A stretch of 6,386 nucleotides of DNA from Escherichia coli (GTDB taxonomy: Bacteria > Pseudomonadota > Gammaproteobacteria > Enterobacterales > Enterobacteriaceae): assembly GCF_003334305.1 (NCBI RefSeq), contig NZ_QOWS01000049.1. One strand, given 5' to 3'. The notes under the pieces were generated by a model. It made no database searches and was not told the DNA's origin. It saw only the letters and a program-made list of their open reading frames with translations. Of this stretch, positions 1 to 5,125 are shown in pieces. The translations under genes and the position numbers were made by a program. How positions within the stretch are numbered: position 1 is the first letter of the stretch; every line of letters starts with the position of its first letter.

Positions 1-62
1 AATCGGTGGAGCTGCATGACAAAGTCATCGGGCATTATCTGAACATAAAACACTATCAATAA
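1..62 (+). CDS. insB: IS1 transposase InsB, C-terminal fragment (5' part lies outside the window)
   Basis: The frame starting at nt 3 reads SVELHDKVIGHYLNIKHYQ followed by TAA at 60-62, which matches the InsB C-terminus as I recall it. Confidence 0.7.
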   Translation, partial: SVELHDKVIGHYLNIKHYQ

Positions 63-77
63 GTTGGAGTCATTACC
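1..77 (+). mobile_element. IS1 insertion sequence, right end only (element continues upstream of the window)
   Basis: Nt 1-77 match, from my memory of IS1, the last ~77 bp of the element in canonical orientation (AATCGGTGGAGCTGCATGACAAAGTCATCGGGCATTATCTGAACATAAAACACTATCAATAAGTTGGAGTCATTACC), ending with the right terminal inverted repeat at 55-77. Not verified by search. Confidence 0.85.
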
Positions 78-735
78 GTGCACGGTAACGGGCCATATCA
101 ATGAGCAGTTCCTCTCCAATTTTATTTGCCCCTAGAGAGCGGCGAGTTTTCTTCACTTCAATGACAATCTTCTCTTTCTTCAGAAGAAAATCCTGTCTGG
201 ATGATGAACCTGCGAAGCTAGGTGAATTTTCTTCAGGTCTGACATCATTAAAATGCAGCAGCAGAAGAGCATGAACAAGATCCTGTACATCATACTCGTC
301 ATTAATTTCAAGCGGCGTTCTGTCATTGTATCGTTGCTTTAATTGACGACAAAAAGCTGGAAATTTATTGAGTATATTTATAATCAAATCCAGTTCGGCA
401 TGTTTTGTTGCTATAGTCGATGCCGTGCCGGAGTAAGTTAAATCGTCTCTGGCTGCATCAAAAATAGGTTTGTAATGTCTAACCAATCCCTGATAATTAC
501 TAGACCAAGCAATCCTTTGTGTATCATTAAAATCTTTGTAGTAATCAGATTCCTTTCCATAACTGTCTTCAAGTAACTTTTTTGCTCTTGCAATCCAGTT
601 ATTACCTTTAGCCGAATCAATATATTCCTGGCTTCTGTGACTAAATGCACTTGTTCCCATATATTTTGTCGACATGACAGAATTGTACTCTTGTTCAAGC
701 ACTTCAAATCTTTCAGCTAAGGTCTTCTTCGTCAT
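73..735 (-). CDS. Hypothetical protein with a C-terminal PD-(D/E)xK-like nuclease motif; 3' end created by the IS1 junction, so probably truncated
   Basis: ORF track frame 73..747 (-). Position 747 is a TTG; the first ATG is at 735 (MTKKTLAERFE...), giving about 220 aa. The C-terminal region reads EYDVQDLVHALLLLHF ... SSSRQDFLLKKEKIVIEVKK: an acidic helix, a D in a hydrophobic strand, then E-V-K 11 residues later, the arrangement expected for a PD-(D/E)xK core (motif-level inference only). The last sense codon and the TAA stop (73-75) overlap the IS1 terminus, which ends at 77. Confidence 0.55.
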   Translation of the reverse strand: MTKKTLAERFEVLEQEYNSVMSTKYMGTSAFSHRSQEYIDSAKGNNWIARAKKLLEDSYGKESDYYKDFNDTQRIAWSSNYQGLVRHYKPIFDAARDDLTYSGTASTIATKHAELDLIINILNKFPAFCRQLKQRYNDRTPLEINDEYDVQDLVHALLLLHFNDVRPEENSPSFAGSSSRQDFLLKKEKIVIEVKKTRRSLGANKIGEELLIDMARYRAR

Positions 736-811
736 AGCGCAATCCAAATTATATGCTAATAATACCTGTGAATTTTAATATTCTACCATATCTGGCTTTC
801 TTCCGTTCACA

Positions 812-837
812 TTGGACATTCAGGTAATTTCGTCCAG
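812..837. repeat. Dyad-symmetric motif copy 1 (TTGGACATTCAGGTAATTTCGTCCAG)
   Basis: Inverted repeat TGGAC (813-817) / GTCCA (832-836) around a 14-bp spacer. It is homologous to the copies at 1710, 2259 and 5447. It lies in the divergent promoter region between the 73..735 ORF and the 905..1099 ORF. Confidence 0.6.
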
Positions 838-863
838 TTCTGCTGGCTGTGCTGGAGCTAGCC

Positions 864-872
864 TGGTATAAT
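864..872 (+). promoter_or_regulatory. Candidate sigma70 promoter, extended -10 (TGgTATAAT)
   Basis: TG at 864-865 and consensus TATAAT at 867-872; the -35 region is poor. It sits about 33 nt upstream of the ATG at 905, and GGTGG at 894-898 could serve as the ribosome-binding site. Confidence 0.45.
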
Positions 873-904
873 TTAACCAGCCATTTCAACAGCGGTGGTG
901 TCTT

Positions 905-1099
905 ATGAACGTCAAGAACATGTTTTACGGTGCCATTCTGGTAAGTGCTGTATGGGCGGTTATTTTGCTCTCATGGTTTGAATCCAGCCTTACCTTAAGC
1001 GATTACCTCAGGTACGAATCGGTAATCCTGATCCCATGCCTGCTGTGGGTTGCTGTTTATGGGTTAGGTAAACGTTACCTCCAAAGAACATCAAACTAG
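905..1099 (+). CDS. Small hypothetical membrane protein (64 aa, two predicted TM helices)
   Basis: ORF track frame. It has two hydrophobic stretches (FYGAILVSAVWAVILLSWF and VILIPCLLWVAVYGL) and a basic C-terminus, and is preceded by the extended -10 promoter and a GGTGG Shine-Dalgarno-like sequence. Confidence 0.5.
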   Translation: MNVKNMFYGAILVSAVWAVILLSWFESSLTLSDYLRYESVILIPCLLWVAVYGLGKRYLQRTSN

Positions 1100-1131
1100 C
1101 CGCGCCAGCGACTTTTTTTACACCTTCGTTT

Positions 1132-1164
1132 AATTCCCTGGCTCACCTGGACAGCCAGGGAATT
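1132..1164. terminator. Perfect 12-bp stem / 9-nt loop hairpin between convergent ORFs; possible bidirectional terminator or RNA stability element (no U tract)
   Basis: AATTCCCTGGCT (1132-1143) pairs perfectly with AGCCAGGGAATT (1153-1164). The loop CACCTGGAC carries the CACCTGGACA core seen in the dyad repeats. No clear U run follows on either strand, so the terminator call is weak. Confidence 0.35.
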
Positions 1165-1174
1165 CTGCCCAGCG

Positions 1175-1654
1175 CTACTGGCTTGCTGTGCCAAACTTTC
1201 CGTTGCAGATTTCCTCATTCACAATGGCCTGAAACATGGAAACAGAATTTCTAGCCTTATCCCTCAGTGCATTAATGAGTTCTGTGTCGTGTATTTTGTT
1301 GTAGAAAATGAAAGTAGAAACATCAAACTGGAGTTTAAATGCTGCTTTCCTTATGGCTAAACCTGACGTGATCGTTATCTCATTATGTATGCGAAGATAG
1401 GCAAGATAATCATCGTTATTTGCTTCACACTGCTCATATAAATATTTTTGCATGAGAGATTGAGACAAGGCCAGAAATTCCACATATCGTTTGGTTTTTA
1501 TTTCTTTATCTTTTAATCCCTGTACTGCCGCTTCTTTTTTTAATTCGTGCTTTTGTGTTAGCTTAAGAGTCAGCCACCCCCCTAAAATAGTCAGCAACGA
1601 CCCCAAACCTATTTTTACGGCATTATCAGCCACATCCACCCACTCAGTCGCCAT
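1175..1654 (-). CDS. Hypothetical protein with an N-terminal membrane anchor (159 aa)
   Basis: ORF track frame. It has one N-terminal hydrophobic helix (VKIGLGSLLTILGGWLTLKL) followed by a charged, probably helical soluble region. No family recognised. Confidence 0.5.
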   Translation of the reverse strand: MATEWVDVADNAVKIGLGSLLTILGGWLTLKLTQKHELKKEAAVQGLKDKEIKTKRYVEFLALSQSLMQKYLYEQCEANNDDYLAYLRIHNEITITSGLAIRKAAFKLQFDVSTFIFYNKIHDTELINALRDKARNSVSMFQAIVNEEICNGKFGTASQ

Positions 1655-1692
1655 CTGTTACTCGTTCTTCCTGTGATGATCATGGTTGCCAG

Positions 1693-1698
1693 TATAAT
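1693..1698 (+). promoter_or_regulatory. Candidate -10 hexamer (TATAAT) for the 1772..2221 ORF
   Basis: Consensus TATAAT at 1693-1698 in the 117-bp divergent intergenic region. The -35 is poor. The dyad motif at 1710-1735 would overlap the predicted transcription start. Confidence 0.3.
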
Positions 1699-1709
1699 TC
1701 CAGCACAGA

Positions 1710-1735
1710 CTGGACGTACAGCATTTTCTGTCCAG
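1710..1735. repeat. Dyad-symmetric motif copy 2 (CTGGACGTACAGCATTTTCTGTCCAG)
   Basis: Perfect inverted repeat CTGGAC (1710-1715) / GTCCAG (1730-1735) with a 14-bp spacer. It matches the copy at 5447-5472 at about 22 of 26 positions. It sits just downstream of the candidate -10 for the 1772..2221 ORF. Confidence 0.6.
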
Positions 1736-1771
1736 TAGACAGACTGTTACACTCAGGATAGGATAGCTTCT

Positions 1772-2221
1772 ATGGTTAAATTTCCAGGTGAAGTTATGAG
1801 TTCGTCCGCTGCTGTAACCGTTATAACTGGTGTTCTTGTTTTTGTTGGTGGTCAGCTCATTGTAAAGAGCGCGATTGAACCTTATATAGAATTCAAGAAA
1901 CAATTGGGAAAAATATCAAATCTGCTATTAGCTAACCAAGCTAAATTAGCTAATCCTTGTGCTGTTGAAATGTCTGAGATCATCCATGAGTTGAAAGATG
2001 CCGCAGCTCAGTTAATGTCGAAGCATTCAGCTTTGCCTTTCTATATCAAAAAATTCCATATCGGATTCCGCTTTGTTCCATCAACGCCTGAAATTATTAG
2101 TTCGGCGCAAAAATTGAATTTGATAGCATCAATACATGAAGGTAAAAGCAAGGAAAGTACATATGAGCACATAGCCGAGATTGGACGTATGCTCAAAATC
2201 CCAACCACCTATTCTCTTTAA
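1772..2221 (+). CDS. Hypothetical protein with an N-terminal membrane anchor (149 aa)
   Basis: ORF track frame. It has an N-terminal hydrophobic helix (AAVTVITGVLVFVGGQLIV) and a soluble C-terminal region. An alternative start at the ATG at 1796 is preceded by AGGTGA. It is followed by the bidirectional terminator at 2278-2304. Confidence 0.5.
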   Translation: MVKFPGEVMSSSAAVTVITGVLVFVGGQLIVKSAIEPYIEFKKQLGKISNLLLANQAKLANPCAVEMSEIIHELKDAAAQLMSKHSALPFYIKKFHIGFRFVPSTPEIISSAQKLNLIASIHEGKSKESTYEHIAEIGRMLKIPTTYSL

Positions 2222-2258
2222 TCTTCACGCCGATCAGATTACATAATCCACGCGCCAC

Positions 2259-2284
2259 CTGGACATTCAGGTAAAAAAGTCCAA
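2259..2284. repeat. Dyad-symmetric motif copy 3 (CTGGACATTCAGGTAAAAAAGTCCAA), fused to the terminator stem
   Basis: TGGAC (2260-2264) / GTCCA (2279-2283). The right half-site is also the 5' arm of the terminator hairpin at 2278-2304. Confidence 0.55.
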
Positions 2285-2358
2285 CTGGTGAGGTTGGGCT
2301 TTTTGGCTTTCCGGTTCTGTTGGTGGCTATGACCGGAGAAAATTGCTCTACACCTAAC
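2273..2358 (-). ncRNA. Candidate small RNA, orphan paralog of the antisense RNA at 4727..4814
   Basis: Homologous to 4727-4814 along its length: the same terminator architecture, the same internal hairpin (TCCGGT ... ACCGGA), and a conserved -10 (TAAAAT on the minus strand, plus-strand 2365-2370). The predicted 5' seed is different (GUAGAGCAAUUUUCUCC versus GUAGAGUGACUUCCUCC). No adjacent toxin gene, and no target found in the window. Confidence 0.4.
2278..2304. terminator. Bidirectional rho-independent terminator (A-tract / 8-bp stem / 7-nt loop / T-tract)
   Basis: AGTCCAAC (2278-2285) pairs with GTTGGGCT (2293-2300), with one G-U pair. The loop is TGGTGAG. A5 lies upstream and T5 downstream, so it reads as stem plus U-tract on both strands. 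It serves the 1772..2221 ORF on the plus strand and the sRNA candidate on the minus strand. Confidence 0.6.
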
Positions 2359-2393
2359 GCTTACATTTTATTTACAGCGTTTGATATCTTCCT

Positions 2394-2429
2394 CGCCTTT
2401 AACGCCTTTAACGCCTTTAACGCCTTTAA
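2394..2429. repeat. Perfect tandem repeat, 4 copies of the 9-bp unit CGCCTTTAA
   Basis: Direct reading: the unit CGCCTTTAA occurs at 2394, 2403, 2412 and 2421, followed by G6. It occupies the -35/upstream position of the sRNA candidate promoter at 2365-2370. Confidence 0.9.
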
Positions 2430-2798
2430 GGGGGGAAGATAGAGCAACTCACCGATGATGAATAAAGTGGACGAAGAGACGATAACTACACTCCCATCCA
2501 GGGGGGGGCTTTTTTTGTGGTACTGTAGTGTGGGAGTAAGTTCGGGTCTCATATTGAATGAGGCGATTGCGAGCTGCCTTTCATCGAAAACTAATGTCCA
2601 TTGTCATTGTATTGTCTGACTCTATCTCGTAACAAGTCTTTGACACAAAGTTTTATATTTTTATCAAAGTGGACATGAGGGGAATTAAATTTGTGATCTT
2701 TTTCAAATAATGTGTTCTTGATAGTAGATTCTGGTTAGTGATATCTATTAACAATATATTAAATTTCTTTTGTATTATCGCTGATAAAACTACTGTAT

Positions 2799-2807
2799 TG
2801 GTATACT
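2799..2807 (+). promoter_or_regulatory. Candidate extended -10 promoter (TGgTATACT) for the 500-aa ORF
   Basis: TG at 2799-2800 and TATACT at 2802-2807, inside a very AT-rich ~280-bp upstream region. A second candidate is TTGACA at 2640-2645. The ribosome-binding site AGGAG is at 2825-2829, 8 nt before the ATG at 2838. Confidence 0.4.
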
Positions 2808-2837
2808 ATATATTATTGAGTAACAGGAGATATCACT

Positions 2838-4340
2838 ATGAAGAAATTTTATCAATTTAGGGATGAACAGCGAAAGGAGCTTGAACAACATGATTTTTAT
2901 AGTTTGATTTCTTCAGATTGTATAGCGTTGAAAGACAAACTATTATTTGCTCCTGTTATGGCTCATTTCATAATGAACTTCAGAGACATGAATAAATGGG
3001 TTATCAGGTTTGATAACAATGATAATGAATATAAATCTGTTATAAACGGTGGAACAATCGAGGATGAAACACATTCAAGATTGTTTCTGGAAGACTGGAG
3101 GAAACTATATATAGATGACAAACTTAACTGGAAAGCAAGTGATGTTATATACTGGTTGTTTATTAGTCGAGAAATGGAGTGTTTCCGAAAATTTGGTATT
3201 GATTTTATGAGACTTTGTGTAGATGATGGAGGAGACCCAATACTTCGATATTCTCACTCCGAGTCAGGAGAAACTTGCGGTAATATATTCTTTTCAAGAA
3301 TTAGTCCTATTGCTGATCAAGTTGCCAATCATTTGGGAATATCACTCCGTTATTTTGGAACATTTCACCTTAATCTTGAAAATGGACATGTATGGAAGTC
3401 AGAAGGTGTTTTTGAAAATATAGAGTTGTCACCAGATTCTTATAAGAAAATGGCTACTCTATCAAAGAGAATGTTTGATATATTTGAAGGAATTCATGAC
3501 TCTTTTTATAATTACCTGTCCAGTTATGTTCTTAATGGAAGTCATCCGTCATTTTTTGAATCATTACCTGTAGGGAAAAATGTTGCACCTATATACCCTG
3601 AATTTGTGATAGAAAACAAAAGCCATAACGATGGTAGACATATTGAACATATAAACAATTACCTGGAAAAAATATCGAGTCATGAGTTCTTTAAATGGCT
3701 GGTTAACACCTCAATAGACCCTCAATTGAAATTGAAAAGTTTCATACCTCTTTGGATTGTTGATATTATGGGGTATAGAGATATTAATAAATATGTTTTT
3801 ACATATGAACAGCCTGAATCAGAAAGTGAAAAGATTATAAATGATTATGCATTACACTTGTCAGAGCATAGCCGTTTATTTTATCATGACTGGAAGTCAC
3901 TTCAACTTGATGATATGTTACGTTGGAGTGCCAGTGATACTCTTGAGTTTATTTTTCTTAATTCAGATATGGATATGCATAGAGAAAATATAGTTAAGTT
4001 TTCTTTGTTCGGATTAAAACACAGAGATCCTGTTATCAGGTTCTGGTTTATGATGATACTGGAGTTAAGTGGAAAAGAATTTTTCTCTCATGTTGGAGAT
4101 ATAGCTTTACAGGTGGAAAGTAAATATAATATTTATCTCCCATATTTATGTGGACGCCATGCAACAGAAAATGAGCATGAAGCATATAATAATATGTATG
4201 AGCATTTTATGGTAAAGGAACTTAGCCCTGAACAAAGTGATCTAATAATACAAATTACAGACATGGTTATGCGGTCATTATTGAATAATTTGGATATCTC
4301 ATATCGATATGTAGTAAATAATTTATTGGCAGCTCGTTAG
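2838..4340 (+). CDS. Hypothetical 500-aa protein made of two homologous ~220-aa halves; function unknown
   Basis: Long ORF with a strong AGGAG Shine-Dalgarno site, its own AT-rich promoter region and its own terminator. The two halves share ETHSRLFLEDWRKLYIDDKLNWKASD versus EHSRLFYHDWKSLQLDDMLRWSASD, FRDMNKWV versus YRDINKYV, and a later ELSP motif. No signal peptide or TM helix is apparent. Codon usage is strongly AT-biased compared with the flanking sequence. Confidence 0.8.
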   Translation: MKKFYQFRDEQRKELEQHDFYSLISSDCIALKDKLLFAPVMAHFIMNFRDMNKWVIRFDNNDNEYKSVINGGTIEDETHSRLFLEDWRKLYIDDKLNWKASDVIYWLFISREMECFRKFGIDFMRLCVDDGGDPILRYSHSESGETCGNIFFSRISPIADQVANHLGISLRYFGTFHLNLENGHVWKSEGVFENIELSPDSYKKMATLSKRMFDIFEGIHDSFYNYLSSYVLNGSHPSFFESLPVGKNVAPIYPEFVIENKSHNDGRHIEHINNYLEKISSHEFFKWLVNTSIDPQLKLKSFIPLWIVDIMGYRDINKYVFTYEQPESESEKIINDYALHLSEHSRLFYHDWKSLQLDDMLRWSASDTLEFIFLNSDMDMHRENIVKFSLFGLKHRDPVIRFWFMMILELSGKEFFSHVGDIALQVESKYNIYLPYLCGRHATENEHEAYNNMYEHFMVKELSPEQSDLIIQITDMVMRSLLNNLDISYRYVVNNLLAAR

Positions 4341-4374
4341 AAGAACAGCATTGGTATGACTCTGATGCTCCTTA

Positions 4375-4404
4375 AAATCCCACTTTTCAGAGTGGGATTT
4401 GTTT
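4375..4404 (+). terminator. Rho-independent terminator of the 500-aa ORF
   Basis: Perfect 10-bp stem AAATCCCACT (4375-4384) / AGTGGGATTT (4391-4400), loop TTTCAG, followed by GTTTAAT. It lies 35 nt after the TAG stop at 4338-4340. Confidence 0.65.
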
Positions 4405-4504
4405 AATGCCCAGAACAGGGGGAATTTCCATTCATGCCCAAAAAATATTTTGATGTCCTCTCGCCAATTCTCGCGCTCAGTCCTTCCTGAAAAACCTCAG
4501 AATT

Positions 4505-4645
4505 CACGTAGCGCATCGCCGCTACTGCATCCATCAAAAAAAATGACAGCTTTTTTAATCATCTTGTGTTACTCAACTTACTGAAAAATGTGATTTATGA
4601 AAATGCCGCCGTCGGCATCAAGCAGTTGGCCAGCGCAACCGGCTG
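4505..4645. repeat. Repeat block U, copy A (about 140-bp core; homologous to 5765-5905)
   Basis: Shared anchors, by eye about 75% identity: TTCACGTAGCG, TACTG-ATCCATCAA, AATGAC, CTACTGAAAAAT, GGC-ACAGCATC. The reading frames are not conserved between the two copies, so it is probably non-coding. Confidence 0.55.
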
Positions 4646-4726
4646 CATCGACCGCAACAAAAAAACTGAAAGAGAAAGCCCCTCAAATGAGGGAGAAAAA
4701 AAGGAAGTGCAGTCAACGAGAGGCGT

Positions 4727-4814
4727 AAAAAACCCGACTGGTGAGGTCGGGTTTTAATACGGTTCCGGTTCTGAGTTGGTGGCTCTGACCGGAGGAAGTC
4801 ACTCTACACCTAAC
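4727..4814 (-). ncRNA. Candidate antisense small RNA (type I antitoxin-like), divergent from the 31-aa peptide gene
   Basis: Minus-strand promoter: TTGCAA (4844-4849), 17-bp spacer, TAAAAT (plus-strand 4821-4826). The predicted start is near 4814. The terminator is stem CCCGAC (4733-4738) / GTCGGG (4746-4751) with loop TGGTGAG and a U6 run on the minus strand. The first 24 nt (complement of 4791-4814) pair with plus-strand 5026-5049 in the peptide mRNA leader (23 Watson-Crick pairs plus one G-U). Confidence 0.5.
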
Positions 4815-4820
4815 GTTTAC

Positions 4821-4849
4821 ATTTTATGCACTCAGCCGCAGTATTGCAA
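4821..4849 (-). promoter_or_regulatory. Candidate sigma70 promoter of the antisense RNA (-35 TTGCAA, -10 TAAAAT, 17-bp spacer)
   Basis: Read on the minus strand: TTGCAA, then TACTGCGGCTGAGTGCA, then TAAAAT. Confidence 0.45.
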
Positions 4850-4903
4850 CTAACTGTGGTTAAGGCACCACATTTAGTTGTGTATCGTGGGTTTTATATA
4901 CCT

Positions 4904-4909
4904 TATAAT
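4904..4909 (+). promoter_or_regulatory. Candidate -10 (TATAAT) for the peptide mRNA, implying a leader of about 210 nt
   Basis: Consensus TATAAT at 4904-4909 with an AT-rich upstream region; the -35 is poor. It is divergent from the antisense RNA promoter, about 55 bp away. Confidence 0.3.
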
Positions 4910-5025
4910 CATGAAGTTAGCCGTGTGGTGTGGCTTCTTCCTCTGCCCTTCCCGTTTATGCAGGTATGAACGATTTTAAAGTCCTGGCTGAACAAACAGG
5001 TGGTGCTGTGTTTAGTGCTCTGGCA

Positions 5026-5049
5026 GGAGGAAGTCACTCTGCACCTAAC
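5026..5049 (+). promoter_or_regulatory. Predicted antisense RNA target site in the peptide mRNA leader
   Basis: GGAGGAAGTCACTCTGCACCTAAC (5026-5049) differs at one position (A to G) from plus-strand 4791-4814, so it is complementary to the 5' end of the minus-strand RNA with one G-U wobble. Confidence 0.5.
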
Positions 5050-5102
5050 AATGCGAGAGAACCGTTGTGACAGGCAGTGTAAGAGCAAGCAACGGTGATT
5101 TC

Positions 5103-5119
5103 CTCCAGTTTTACTGGAG
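5103..5119 (+). promoter_or_regulatory. Hairpin sequestering the Shine-Dalgarno sequence of the peptide gene
   Basis: CTCCAG (5103-5108), loop TTTTA, CTGGAG (5114-5119). The SD GGAG (5116-5119) is inside the 3' arm. TTCCTCC at 5100-5106 could alternatively pair with GGAGGAA at 5026-5032. Confidence 0.4.
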
Positions 5120-5125
5120 AAACGG

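Noticed and set aside
1132-1164. Calling the 12-bp hairpin a canonical intrinsic terminator
   Set aside because: There is no U-rich tract after the stem on either strand, so I kept it as a low-confidence stem-loop. The T7 run at 1114-1120 has no convincing hairpin upstream.
2394-2429. Possibility that the short tandem repeats represent a CRISPR array
   Set aside because: The units are 9 bp and directly adjacent with no spacers. This is a microsatellite-type tandem repeat, not repeat-spacer architecture.
2361-2552. 63-aa minus-strand ORF spanning the 9-bp tandem repeat
   Set aside because: The KALKALKALKA segment is simply the translated tandem repeat. There is no Shine-Dalgarno sequence, and the frame overlaps the sRNA promoter and the G-tracts.
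438-3423. Embedded alternative-frame ORFs 438..707 (-), 1491..1676 (+), 1658..1903 (-) and 3223..3423 (+)
   Set aside because: Each lies inside or across a longer, better-supported ORF or a promoter region, in another frame or strand, and has no translation signals of its own.
2838-4340. Assigning the duplicated 500-aa protein to a specific family (for example heme-oxygenase-like or TenA-type enzymes) from the conserved E/H/D residues
   Set aside because: I cannot match the motif spacing to any family with confidence without a profile search, so no functional name is given.
4399-4757. ORF-track frames 4399..4584 and 4566..4757 (61 and 63 aa) in the repeat block
   Set aside because: The homologous copy B of this DNA has frameshifts and stops in the corresponding frames, so conservation is at the nucleotide level, not the protein level. 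One has a GTG start with no ribosome-binding site.
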